A stretch of 64,000 nt of DNA, taken from contig CAXXNF010000002.1 of assembly GCA_963666365.2 (NCBI GenBank), forward strand, positions 288,001 to 352,000, given 5' to 3'. Position numbers and translations under genes: made by a program. This document shows, piece after piece, positions 33,578 through 43,766 of the stretch. The notes beneath the pieces are model-generated. The model was not told the DNA's origin. It ran no database searches and worked only from the letters and a program-made list of their open reading frames with translations. This stretch comes from Syntrophales bacterium (lineage in GTDB: Bacteria; Desulfobacterota; Syntrophia; Syntrophales; UBA2210). How positions within the stretch are numbered: position 1 is the first letter of the stretch; each line of letters starts with the position of its first letter.

Positions 33578-34507
33578 ATGAAAAGGCATATGTGGTTTGA
33601 AGACGATATGGGACGGCGGGAGTTTATAAGGCGCGGCATTGTCGCCGGAGCGGCCTTCGCCGTTCCTTCTCTGCTCAATACAAAAACAATATCGGCCTTG
33701 ACGCCGCCGCCCGATTTGTTGGTTGTCCAAGGTGCGCCGCCGTCGGAACTGGTGAAGACGGCTATTCTCGGCTTGGGAGGTATAGGTCGCTTTGTGTCGC
33801 GCGGTGCAGTTGTGGTCGTGAAGCCGAACATCGGCTGGGATCGCCGACCGGAATATGCGGCCACTACCAATCCCGAAGTAGTGGCCTCTGTGGTGAGGCT
33901 CTGCTATGAAGCAGGCGCCCGCAGTGTGAAGGTCTTTGATCGCACCTGTAATGATGCGAGGCGATGTTACGCCCAGAGCGGCATAGGCGAGGCGGCGGCA
34001 CAGGAAGGCGCCGATGTGTCGTTCATGGATGAGCGGAAATTCAAGGATTTCAAGATCGGGGGAATGGTCCTGAAAAAGTGGTCCCTCTATACGGAAATTT
34101 TTGAAGCCGACAGTATCATCAACATTCCTGTTGCGAAAACTCATGGTCTTGCCGATTTGACAATGGCAATGAAAAACTGGATGGGGGTCATGGGAGGATG
34201 GCGGGGACGCATTCATCAGCGCCTTGATGAAAGCCTTGTTGACCTGGCGCGGGTGATCAAACCCACCCTTACCATCCTCGATGCCGTGCGGATTCTCACT
34301 GCGAATGGGCCTCAGGGCGGCAGCCTCAAGGATGTAAAAACACTGAACACGATCATCGCCGGCGTCGATCAGGTGACCGTCGATTCATACGGCGCCACAC
34401 TCTTCGGCATGGAGGGATCATCTCTGGGATACCTTCGGCTTGCCCAGGCGGAGGGTCTGGGCAATGCGGATCTCTCAAGGGCGAAGATAACAAGAATAAA
34501 AATTTAA
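33578..34507 (+). CDS. DUF362 domain protein with a Tat-like signal
   Basis: GRREFI twin-Arg motif; VVKPNIGW, TTNP, INIPVAKTH, T.AMKN.MG. Confidence 0.85.
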   Translation: MKRHMWFEDDMGRREFIRRGIVAGAAFAVPSLLNTKTISALTPPPDLLVVQGAPPSELVKTAILGLGGIGRFVSRGAVVVVKPNIGWDRRPEYAATTNPEVVASVVRLCYEAGARSVKVFDRTCNDARRCYAQSGIGEAAAQEGADVSFMDERKFKDFKIGGMVLKKWSLYTEIFEADSIINIPVAKTHGLADLTMAMKNWMGVMGGWRGRIHQRLDESLVDLARVIKPTLTILDAVRILTANGPQGGSLKDVKTLNTIIAGVDQVTVDSYGATLFGMEGSSLGYLRLAQAEGLGNADLSRAKITRIKI

Positions 34508-34513
34508 CAGGAA

Positions 34514-36058
34514 ATGCGCATTTATAGAAGAATAACTCAGTCGATATTCCTGCTTTTATTTCTGTGTCTCTTCTTTATGACGGAAGCAACCGGTGAAAAC
34601 GAGCTGGGGTACCCTGTCAGAATATTCCTTGATTTTGATCCGCTTTTAGCACTTTCATCCCTGCTGTCCTCGCACACTCTTACGAAGGGCTTTCTGTACG
34701 CGCTTTTTCTGATGGCGATCACCCTGGTGATGGGGCGTGTATTCTGCGGCTGGATCTGTCCGCTGGGCGCGCTTCATGACGCGGTCGGCGCCATTGCGGG
34801 CGCCCGACGAAGCGGGGCGGTGAAGCCGCGGTGGTTTCGATGTAAGTATTATCTGCTCTTCTTTATCCTTGCATCGTCCCTTGTCACCGTTCAGTGCGCC
34901 GGGTATCTGGACCCTCTGTCGCTCCTGATTCGATCTCTGGCCCTATCGATCTGGCCGGCCTGTGAATATGCGATACGCGCCATTTTCGACGGAATCTACT
35001 TTCTCCACATTCCCTGTCTGACCACGGTATCGGAAAGCCTGTACGGAATCATGAAAAAGACGCTGCTCTCCTTTACTCAGCCCTTCTTTTTTCAGGGGCT
35101 TGCAATCGGCGCGCTCTTTGTGGGAATACTTGCGCTGAATCTGTGGGAGCGTCGCTTCTGGTGCCGCTATATATGCCCGCTGGGCGCGCTTCTTGGGATT
35201 GTATCCCGATGGTCGGTAGTGCGACGGCGGGTAAGCGAGGGGTGTACCGCCTGCGGAACCTGCCGTTCCCTATGTCCCTCCGGCGCGATTGTCGACGAGG
35301 AGGGAAGGGGACTTCCATCGGAATGTCTTGTGTGCCTGGAATGTGACGATCGTTGTCCCGCTGAGGCAATTTCATTCGGATGGAATCGGAAAAGCTCTGC
35401 AGTCCCCATAGATATCGAACGAAGAGCGGCAATGGCGGTGGTTGCGGGAGGCCTGGCGACCGCTCCATTGCTTCGCATCACCCCACTTATGAAGGAGGCG
35501 GCGTCCAATCCGTTTCTCATCAGGCCCCCGGGCGCCCGTGCAGAACCGGATTTTCTTGCAGCCTGCGTACGCTGCGGCGAGTGCATGAAGGTGTGTATTA
35601 CCAATGGGCTGCAACCGGCGCTTCTGCAAGCCGGGGTTGAGGGCATCTGGACGCCTGTACTGGTCCCCCGCATCGGGCACTGTGAGTATCGATGCACTCT
35701 TTGTGGTCAAGTGTGTCCCACCGGCGCACTGACGGAGCTTACCGTGCAGAAAAAGGCCAAGATAAAGATCGGCATGGCCGTTATCGACAGAGGTCGCTGT
35801 CTTCCCCACGCCAATGGTATCGCATGCATTGTCTGCGAAGAGGTGTGCCCCACCACCCCGAAAGCGATCCGGTTCAACGAAGCATCGGTGCGCACGGGCG
35901 AAACAGGGGTAAAGATCTTGAAACAGCCCTATGTGAATCTGGAGCAGTGTGTCGGGTGCGGTGTCTGTGAAGCCGACTGCCCGGTAGCGGGAAAGCCCGC
36001 CATATATGTCATCAGCACCGGGGAAAGCCGTTCGGAGGCAAACAGAGTGCTGTTGTAA
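34514..36058 (+). CDS. membrane polyferredoxin (NapH/MauN-like + NapG/MauM-like)
   Basis: GRVFCGWICPLG and RFWCRYICPLG motifs, TM helices, several CxxCxxCxxxCP clusters, IRPPGA. Confidence 0.87.
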   Translation: MRIYRRITQSIFLLLFLCLFFMTEATGENELGYPVRIFLDFDPLLALSSLLSSHTLTKGFLYALFLMAITLVMGRVFCGWICPLGALHDAVGAIAGARRSGAVKPRWFRCKYYLLFFILASSLVTVQCAGYLDPLSLLIRSLALSIWPACEYAIRAIFDGIYFLHIPCLTTVSESLYGIMKKTLLSFTQPFFFQGLAIGALFVGILALNLWERRFWCRYICPLGALLGIVSRWSVVRRRVSEGCTACGTCRSLCPSGAIVDEEGRGLPSECLVCLECDDRCPAEAISFGWNRKSSAVPIDIERRAAMAVVAGGLATAPLLRITPLMKEAASNPFLIRPPGARAEPDFLAACVRCGECMKVCITNGLQPALLQAGVEGIWTPVLVPRIGHCEYRCTLCGQVCPTGALTELTVQKKAKIKIGMAVIDRGRCLPHANGIACIVCEEVCPTTPKAIRFNEASVRTGETGVKILKQPYVNLEQCVGCGVCEADCPVAGKPAIYVISTGESRSEANRVLL

Positions 36059-36060
36059 AT

Positions 36061-36151
36061 TAGGAAAAGTAGGAAATGTGGAAAGCACACAAGGTGGGAG
36101 CTGAATGTTTGGCCTTTTCTACCTCTTCTTACTTTTCCTGCTTTCCTTCTT
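36061..36151. repeat. inverted pair of degenerate 9-mer purine tracts between convergent stop codons
   Basis: TAGGAAAAG-TAGGAAATG on + and AGAAGGAAAG-CAGGAAAAG-TAAGAAGAG-GTAGAAAAGG on -. Confidence 0.55.
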
Positions 36152-37617
36152 TCACCGATATTCAAGCACATCGATCCTTATTTTACCCATGGCCAGGGCG
36201 ATTTTCGACTGGGAGGAGAAGTTGCCCGAAACGAGTTCTATGTGGGTTGCATCGGCCACGGACTGCCCGAAGGTAGGATCGAGATGAACCCACTTCCCCA
36301 CAAATACCGCGGGCCAGGCGTGGTAATAAAAGGCATCATTCACCCAGGCAAGGCCGCCGATCATTTTGGAGGGAATGCCGGCCGCCCGGGCGAGTGCCAC
36401 AAAGAGCGACGTGTGTTCATTGCAATCACCCCGCATGGTCTGCAATACCGATGTGGCAATGGGAAGATCGGAAGTGAACTTCTTTTCAAGATTCAAATAT
36501 ATCCACTCATTGATGCGCAAGGCAGCCTTCCATGGATTTGTTTCATCGCCCACGATGGTCTTAGATCTGGCCGCTATTTCCGGATCGGCACTGTCAATCC
36601 AGGGAGAAGGGTTCAGATAGTTGCGGTATTCATCATTCCGTTGAAGGGGCGCAGTCAGTGCTTTCATGTCGAAAGGCTCGGCCGTAATCGTCACAAGCCC
36701 TTCGATCGAATCGATGATGTGCTGACGGGTCCCATCGGAAGGGATATCGGCAAGATCATAGCCGGTAATTCTGATTTTCATGTATGTTACCGAGCGGGGC
36801 TCCGTGATGGTGCGACCGGGAACGACGGACACCTGCCGGAGAATGTCGACGGCTTCCCTGCGCGATCGCGCCAGGTGTTCTTTTATGGCTGCCTCCGATT
36901 CCGCCTTTATGACCCATCCATTCGGTGTTTCTTCGCGCACCACCATTCCATTTTCGTCAATCCACGAACGGGATGAAAGACCGCAAAACGGGTTTCCATT
37001 ACGGTAAGATTTTGCTCCTTGCCGGTTACACGGACGGTGACGTCTTCCGCCTTCAGCGAAAGGGGATTCAGTATACGGAGACTGTAGGAGTCGTGTATCT
37101 TGAGATCACGTCCTCTATAGACTTGAAGAAGACTTTGATCAAGAAGAAGGTCGTCGGCGGCGTCAAAGGTATGCTGGAATGATGTGGCCCCGTAGGAGAC
37201 TTCGGTTATCATCAGATTGCCCACTCGACGCCCCTTGATTTCAATCCCCGCAATTCCGGAGATGCGCACCTCAAAACCGGAAAGACGGCGGTCACGGTCC
37301 AGGTCCTGAGTGCCCACAATAGTGATATCCTTGATCTCGTTGAGCATTTTAAACCTGAGATAGGACGAGGAGACAACGCGATAGCCACTTATTGAAGGTC
37401 CGAAGAGGGTATGGTTGTAGCCGATCCACCGATCGTCCACGTAGATTCCCTTCCAGCTGTCAACTTCCATGCTTTCGGGAATAAGTTCACTGAAAAGAAT
37501 GCGATCCGGCTTTGTGGTGAGAAGACCTTCTTTTCCCAAAAGGAAAAACATCAAGATTCCCCAGATGATGAGAATTGCCACATTGATCGTTACCTTCAAG
37601 AAGCGTAATCGCGACAT
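36152..37617 (-). pseudogene. transglutaminase-like domain protein split by a frameshift near 36982 (pseudogene or sequencing error)
   Basis: The N-terminal part (MSRLRFLK..., TM anchor) ends at ETRFA; restoring one G in GCG-G(G)T gives AGLSSRSWIDENGMVVREE in frame with the C-terminal part, which carries GDCNEH, YHAW and LDPT. Confidence 0.75.
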
Positions 37618-37618
37618 A

Positions 37619-37659
37619 CCCCTTCCTACTCTTCCTACTCTTCTTACTTTTCCTACCTC
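37619..37659 (-). repeat. degenerate 9-mer purine tandem (TAGGAAGAG)n
   Basis: GAGGTAGGAAAAGTAAGAAGAGTAGGAAGAGTAGGAAGGGG immediately before the transglutaminase ATG. Confidence 0.65.
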
Positions 37660-37777
37660 ATTCCGTATTCCTTTGCAAAACAATCTTGATCCCCTGATTT
37701 TTCGGTTGCACAAGAGGTGAGGACCCAGTAAATTACTGGAGTTAGACGCTGAAACCATCAATGAAAGGAGAGTCGGC

Positions 37778-38983
37778 ATGGCCGAGAGCCAATTCAAAGC
37801 AACCAAAGTCAGCGAACATGTATATTGGGTGGGTGCAATTGATTGGAATATAAGGGATTTTCATGGGTATGCCACCAAACGGGGAAGCACGTACAATGCA
37901 TACCTGATAATGGCGGATACGGTTACCCTGGTTGATACGGTACGGGCGCCCTTCAAAAATGAGATGCTTGCGCGGATTTCGAGCATAGTGGACCCCCGCG
38001 AGATTTCGTGCATCGTGTCAAACCATGCGGAAATGGATCACAGCGGTGCACTTCCCGAAATAATCGATGCCGTAAATCCTGAAAAAATCTACGCATCACC
38101 GGTGGGAGCACGGGTCTTGAAGGAGCATTTTCCGATAGATCGGGATATTTCGCCGGTGAAAGACGGTGAAACAATTTCGCTGGGCAACATGGCGCTTACC
38201 TGTCTCGAAGCACGGATGCTGCACTGGCCCGACAGCATGCTTTCCTATCTTACGGAAGATAAAGTTCTTTTTTCGCAGGATGCCTTCGGCATGCACCTGG
38301 CCTCGTCGGAGCGCTTCGACGACGAGGTGGATTCCGCCGTACTGGCCTATGAGGCGGCCACCTATTATGCCAATATTTTGCTCCCCTATTCTCCTCAAGT
38401 ACTGAAACTCCTTGAGCGTGTATCTTCGCTGGGGCTTGAATTCCATATTGTCGCACCCGATCATGGCCCTCTGTGGAGAAGGGGATTCGAGGGAATAAAG
38501 GACTCATATCACCGATGGGCGCTGCAAAAGCCGGTAAAAAAAGCGGTTGTGGTTTATGCAACGATGTGGCACAGTACGGAGCTGATGGCTCGGGCGCTTT
38601 CGGAGGGATTGATCGAAAGTGGTGTAACCGTGAAGGTTATGTCTCTGGACGGCAATCATCGAAGTGATGTGGCATACGAGGTACTCGATGCCGGTGCACT
38701 TCTAGTGGGATCACCCACGCTCAATAATTCCATGTTTCCAGCCATGGCTGATGTGCTTACCTATCTCAGAGGGTTGCGGCCACAGAATTTAATCGGCGCC
38801 GCCTTCGGCTCCTATGGATGGAGCGGTGAAGCCGCAAAACATATGGAAGCCTATCTGGCCGATATGAAGGTCGAACTTGTGGGAGAATCGATACGTATAA
38901 AACATGTGCCCGACGAGGATGCACTTGCTTCCTGCTATGCGCGCGGATTGGAGATGGGAAAAGAACTTATACACAGGGCATAA
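37778..38983 (+). CDS. fprA: flavodiiron protein (FprA/A-type flavoprotein)
   Basis: GSTYNAYL, NHAEMDHSG, LHWPD, DAFG, APDHG, flavodoxin domain with GSPT and FGSYGWSG. Confidence 0.92.
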   Translation: MAESQFKATKVSEHVYWVGAIDWNIRDFHGYATKRGSTYNAYLIMADTVTLVDTVRAPFKNEMLARISSIVDPREISCIVSNHAEMDHSGALPEIIDAVNPEKIYASPVGARVLKEHFPIDRDISPVKDGETISLGNMALTCLEARMLHWPDSMLSYLTEDKVLFSQDAFGMHLASSERFDDEVDSAVLAYEAATYYANILLPYSPQVLKLLERVSSLGLEFHIVAPDHGPLWRRGFEGIKDSYHRWALQKPVKKAVVVYATMWHSTELMARALSEGLIESGVTVKVMSLDGNHRSDVAYEVLDAGALLVGSPTLNNSMFPAMADVLTYLRGLRPQNLIGAAFGSYGWSGEAAKHMEAYLADMKVELVGESIRIKHVPDEDALASCYARGLEMGKELIHRA

Positions 38984-39004
38984 AAAACAGGAGGAGGTTG
39001 TACG

Positions 39005-39163
39005 ATGCAGAAATATGTATGTGGGGTATGTGGATATGTATATGATCCTGAAGAGGGGGATGCCGAAGGGGGCGTCCCGGCGGGTACTCCTTTTGAGAAA
39101 CTTCCCGAAGACTGGACCTGTCCGGTATGCGGCGCCGACAAGAGTGAGTTTTCTCCGGAGTAA
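39005..39163 (+). CDS. rubredoxin (absent from the ORF track)
   Basis: [63 protein letters not shown]. Confidence 0.96.
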   Translation: MQKYVCGVCGYVYDPEEGDAEGGVPAGTPFEKLPEDWTCPVCGADKSEFSPE

Positions 39164-39221
39164 AGAAAGCCCGGTGACAGTGGTGGTGGGTGAGTGAAAG
39201 AGACAGGCAGGAGGCGTGTGT

Positions 39222-39719
39222 ATGGATGAAAAAATCAGAAGAGCTCTTCATCAGGCCTACGAGGGGGAGGCAAAGGCTGCCCTGCGGTTAAAGGTCTATG
39301 CCGATCAGGCCGATAAAGAAGGCTATCCCCAGATTGCAAAGCTTTTCAGGGTGATGGGCTTGTCCGAAGAAATACACGGGATACGGGCCCTTCGTACATT
39401 GCGCGATATCGGCTCTACGGAGGAGAATCTTTCCGCCAGTTTCGAATCGGAACAGCAGGTTGCCCATGTCGCTTATGATCACTTTATAAAAGAAGCCCTT
39501 GAGGCGGGAGACAAGGCGGCGGCGCTTCATTTTACCCAGAGTCGCGATGTGGAAGAAACCCACGCAAAACTCTACAAGGCGGCCCTTAACGACATGGCTT
39601 CCGACCAGGAGAGCACCTACTATGTGTGCACCATCTGCGGCTACATAGCAGACGGTGCCCTGCCCGATGCCTGTCCGGTGTGCGGTGCGAAGAAAGAGCG
39701 TTTTATACAGTACGGATGA
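39222..39719 (+). CDS. rbr: rubrerythrin
   Basis: AYEGEA, EEIH, EETH diiron motifs; C-terminal CTICG..CPVCG. Confidence 0.88.
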   Translation: MDEKIRRALHQAYEGEAKAALRLKVYADQADKEGYPQIAKLFRVMGLSEEIHGIRALRTLRDIGSTEENLSASFESEQQVAHVAYDHFIKEALEAGDKAAALHFTQSRDVEETHAKLYKAALNDMASDQESTYYVCTICGYIADGALPDACPVCGAKKERFIQYG

Positions 39720-39748
39720 GATGGCGCGGTTCAGGAAAAGATGAGTCT

Positions 39749-42367
39749 GTGAAACAATTTAAATGGCTGAATAAAATTTCGATGGGGAATAAGAGCGTTT
39801 ATTACCAGCTCAATATTATTTTCGGCTTATTTTTTCTTATTCCTGTGTTCGGATTTCTCTATTTTGCCGTCAAATATGATGTCCTCGGCGACGTCTATGT
39901 GTCTATATTTTTTGTTATTTTGCTGACTTTTTCTTTTTTTGGATTTGCACTTCTGCGTAACATTTTTGATCGTGTTGTAGGGATATCTCAAAGTATCTCT
40001 GAACGATTCAAAGTTGATACCTCTGAAACAGCGGATAAGTCTGACGAGCTTTCGAACTTAGTGAATTCGGTGAGCGCAATTGAACATCGTTTTACCACTA
40101 CCTTCGGACAGTTGGAGCGGAAAATTTCAGAGATATCCATTCTGAAGGAACTTTCCGACCTATGCTATGTGACCTTCGACACCGAGGAACTTCTCTATAT
40201 CACATTGGAGCGTGCCTTACAGATGGTGCGTGCAGACATCGGTTCCGTCATGATTCTGGAAAAGCCGGCACGGGAACGATTCATCGTTAAGTCATCAATC
40301 GGTCTTGGCGAGCAGATCAAGGTGGGTGATCGAATTGATGTTGCCACAAGCATTGCAAAATACGCCGTAATCAACAAATCCCCCCTTATTATTGAAAACA
40401 TAGAAGAGGACAGTCGCTTCGGGAGAGCCAACCGATCACACTACAGCACGAAGTCCTTTATCTGCATGCCTATTAAAACGATAAAAGATATCATCGGGGT
40501 TCTTACCCTGTCACGTCGCACAAGTGATGTCCCTTTGACACGTGAAGACGCGGAAGTCATAACTCCTCTTTTGAGCAATGCCGCCTTTACCTATGACAAC
40601 CTGCGGCTGATCGAGGAACGGGATGTGGAAATCCGTTATGCCGGGATGATGGAGCGTCTCATCGGGATTATAAACTCCAGCTTCAGGGACAGCGAGCTGG
40701 TTCAGGCAATACTGGGAGAGATCAGGCAGCAGGTGCCATTTCAGGAGGCGGTGATTCTGACGATGGAGGAAACACAGCCCGAAAATCTTCGTGTGTACGA
40801 TCTCTATGCGGTGGGGCAGACTGAACTTGTAGTCGGAAGACAGTATCCCTACCGTTATTCAATTTTCGAAAAAGTGCTCAGGCAGGGAAACTCACTCGTT
40901 GTTGAGGATACGCCTCATCTGTCATCGTCCGTAGAAAGGGAGATTCTATCAGGCAGGGGAAATACCAGTGCCTTGTTGGCCCCGTTGAAAGTGGAAGGAA
41001 CCGCGGTCGGTCTTCTAGTGTTGAAGAGTGGAGAAGTCGAAGAATTCCACAATGCGCAAAGGATCATCGATCACATCGTTCAGGGTATGGCACTTGCCAT
41101 TGAACGAAGCACCTTGCTGGATGCCGTGGCAAAAAGAAACAACGAACTGGATACCCTCAAACAAATCGGGGGTACCCTCGCCACCTCAACCTTTGACACG
41201 GAACAGGTGCTTTCCTACACAATGGATATGATACGAAGCAGCATGGATGTGGAGGCGGGATCACTAATGCTTGTCAGAGGAAGAGAACTCGAATTTGCCG
41301 TTGCCTTTGACATAGACGTAAAACTGCTTCAGGAAATTCGCCTTAAAATGGGACAGGGCATTGCGGGTTATGTTGCCGCGAGAGGCGAGGCAGTCATTGT
41401 AAATGACGTGCGGAAATCGACACTGTTCTATCCCAATGTTGACGAGAGCACACAATTCCGGACAAGGTCGGTCCTTTGCGTACCTCTGATTTCCCAGGGG
41501 CGGGTAATTGGGGTACTCGAAGTGCTCAATAAACGGGCTGGTGATTTTAATAAAAGCGATCAACAACTGCTCCAGTCGATTGCGTCTTCCGTGGGGATTG
41601 CTCTGGAAAATGCCCGTCTCTACAAAGAAACGGTATCCATGGCCGATAATGAGCGGGAGATCAGGCAGATGTTCCAGAAATTCGTTCCGGCGGAAATCGT
41701 CGAGAAAATCATACATGGCAACGAACCTGAGAAGCGGTTGCGTGAAGAGTTTAAAACAGTCACACTCATGAATATAGACATAAGGGGATTCTCCGGAATG
41801 GCAAAGCATATGGGGCCCCAAAAGACCGTGGCCGTGTTGAACTACTTCTTTTCCGTTATGGGGGGTATTGTGTTTAAGCATGAAGGAATCGTTGATAAAT
41901 ACCTGGGCGATGGTTTTTTGGCATTGTTCGGCGCCATCGGTTATAGCGCGTCTGATGCCGATAATGCCGTTATGGCTGCACTCGAAATGAAAAAGGCCCT
42001 GGTAATGCTCAAAGACTATTTTGAAAGTGAGGCTGAAAGCACGCTTTCGGTCGGTATAAGCATCCATACCGGCGAGGTGGTTATCGGCAACATTGGTTTT
42101 GAAAAGAAGATGGATTACACGGTAATCGGTGATTCGGTGAACGCCGTATTCAGGCTTCAAAATTTAACAAAAACCAATCCGAACAGCATCCTGATAAGCG
42201 AAATGACAAGGCGCTCGACGCAATCACACCTAAACGTGCGCGAGGTCGGAGAGAGCGACATCGATTTGACACGAGGGCAATTGAAAATCTATGAAGTCCT
42301 TGGCATATACGGCAATTTTATTGACCTAAAAGAAAAGAAAGAAAAAGATACCACTACGATTACATAG
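39749..42367 (+). CDS. membrane-anchored multi-GAF class III adenylate/guanylate cyclase
   Basis: Two N-terminal TM helices, three GAF-like domains, DIRGFS, DKYLGDG, DYTVIGDSVNAVFR; start uncertain (GTG 39749 or ATG 39782). Confidence 0.85.
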   Translation: MKQFKWLNKISMGNKSVYYQLNIIFGLFFLIPVFGFLYFAVKYDVLGDVYVSIFFVILLTFSFFGFALLRNIFDRVVGISQSISERFKVDTSETADKSDELSNLVNSVSAIEHRFTTTFGQLERKISEISILKELSDLCYVTFDTEELLYITLERALQMVRADIGSVMILEKPARERFIVKSSIGLGEQIKVGDRIDVATSIAKYAVINKSPLIIENIEEDSRFGRANRSHYSTKSFICMPIKTIKDIIGVLTLSRRTSDVPLTREDAEVITPLLSNAAFTYDNLRLIEERDVEIRYAGMMERLIGIINSSFRDSELVQAILGEIRQQVPFQEAVILTMEETQPENLRVYDLYAVGQTELVVGRQYPYRYSIFEKVLRQGNSLVVEDTPHLSSSVEREILSGRGNTSALLAPLKVEGTAVGLLVLKSGEVEEFHNAQRIIDHIVQGMALAIERSTLLDAVAKRNNELDTLKQIGGTLATSTFDTEQVLSYTMDMIRSSMDVEAGSLMLVRGRELEFAVAFDIDVKLLQEIRLKMGQGIAGYVAARGEAVIVNDVRKSTLFYPNVDESTQFRTRSVLCVPLISQGRVIGVLEVLNKRAGDFNKSDQQLLQSIASSVGIALENARLYKETVSMADNEREIRQMFQKFVPAEIVEKIIHGNEPEKRLREEFKTVTLMNIDIRGFSGMAKHMGPQKTVAVLNYFFSVMGGIVFKHEGIVDKYLGDGFLALFGAIGYSASDADNAVMAALEMKKALVMLKDYFESEAESTLSVGISIHTGEVVIGNIGFEKKMDYTVIGDSVNAVFRLQNLTKTNPNSILISEMTRRSTQSHLNVREVGESDIDLTRGQLKIYEVLGIYGNFIDLKEKKEKDTTTIT

Positions 42368-42398
42368 AGTTGATACGCACGGAGGCAAGGAGGATAGT

Positions 42399-43766
42399 AT
42401 GGCGGTAAAGGAGTTTTGGAGACGGGGACTGCTGTCTGTTCTGGCAATTCTGATAGTATCTCCCTGGGTCAGTGCCCAGGAAGAACCCCTTCAGCTGACG
42501 CTGAAGAAAAGCATTGACCTTGCATTGACGCGCAGTCTTGCTATCAGTTCGGCCCGGGAAGGGGTCAGGGGGGCTGAATCGGCGCGAAAGGAGGCGAGGA
42601 CCTCTTTTCTCCCCAGGCTGAATACAAACTACAGCTATACGCGACTGAATGAAACGCCGGAGACGTCAGTCTTTGATCCGCTTATTCCCGGGTATAGAAG
42701 AATTCAAGCGGGGACGCGAGATAATTATGTCTGGGGTTTTGAAGTGACGCAACCGCTCTTTGCCGGCGGCGCCATTGCCAATGCCTATAAAATAGCAAAG
42801 CTCGGCGTGGATGTATCACGGGCGCTGCAGAGCGCAACCGCGCAGGATATCGTTTTGCAGGTGAAGGACGGGTATTTTAATATTCTCAAAGCGGAGCGCG
42901 TTCTTGAGGTAGCCAGACAATCGGTGGCGCAGCTCCGGGCGCATCGAGATATCGCGCAGAGCTTTTTCGATGTGGGGATCATTCCCAAGAACGATCTTCT
43001 CTATGCGGAAGTGGAACTGGCAGGCGGCATGCAGAACCTTGTGGCCGCCGAAAATGCCTTGGAACTTGCCAAGGCCCGTTTTAACACCACGCTTAGGCGA
43101 AGCATCAATGCGCCCGTGCAAGTGGAAGATATTCTGTCCTACCAGGCGTTCGAAAAAGAACTTGATGAATGCTTGAAGATTGCCTTCGAACGCCGTCCGG
43201 AGATTTCCCTCTACGAGCTTCAGGTGCAACAGTCGGACCGCACCGTCGATCTGGCGCGCAGCGGCTATTATCCAAAGGTGAGTCTCGTGGGGAACTATTC
43301 ACGCTATGGCGATGACCCGGGTGTCAGCGGAGGACCCTATCTGGAGGAAGAGGACTGGTACGTGATGGCCGTGGCTGATTGGAACTTCTGGGAGTGGGGA
43401 AAAACGAAGCACAGTGTCGACGCATCAAAAAGCAAGTCCATCCAAGCACAAAATGACCTGGCGAACGTAAGGGAATTAATCGCCCTGGAAGTCAAAAATG
43501 CGTACCTTGCCCTTCACGATGCGGAAAAAAGGATATTTGTGGCGGAAAAGGCGATTGTACAGGCTGAAGAAAACTTCAGAATCAATGAAGAACGCTATCG
43601 GGAACAGGTGGGAACCACCACTGACGTAATCGACGCGCAGACCCTGCTGACGAAGACCAAGTCGGACTATTACAACGCACTCAGCAACTACAACATTGCC
43701 TGGGGACGGCTGGAGCGATCAATGGGCATTGTCTATGAAGAACCGAAAGTGACGGATAATGAGTAA
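42399..43766 (+). CDS. TolC-family outer membrane efflux protein
   Basis: Signal peptide, OEP repeat pattern (QPLF.GG, VK..YF..L, RY..QVGT.TDVIDAQ). Confidence 0.88.
   Translation: MAVKEFWRRGLLSVLAILIVSPWVSAQEEPLQLTLKKSIDLALTRSLAISSAREGVRGAESARKEARTSFLPRLNTNYSYTRLNETPETSVFDPLIPGYRRIQAGTRDNYVWGFEVTQPLFAGGAIANAYKIAKLGVDVSRALQSATAQDIVLQVKDGYFNILKAERVLEVARQSVAQLRAHRDIAQSFFDVGIIPKNDLLYAEVELAGGMQNLVAAENALELAKARFNTTLRRSINAPVQVEDILSYQAFEKELDECLKIAFERRPEISLYELQVQQSDRTVDLARSGYYPKVSLVGNYSRYGDDPGVSGGPYLEEEDWYVMAVADWNFWEWGKTKHSVDASKSKSIQAQNDLANVRELIALEVKNAYLALHDAEKRIFVAEKAIVQAEENFRINEERYREQVGTTTDVIDAQTLLTKTKSDYYNALSNYNIAWGRLERSMGIVYEEPKVTDNE

Noticed and set aside
39626..39748. N-terminal extension of the cyclase overlapping rubrerythrin
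   Set aside because: It overlaps the rubrerythrin 3' end in another frame; downstream starts are more plausible
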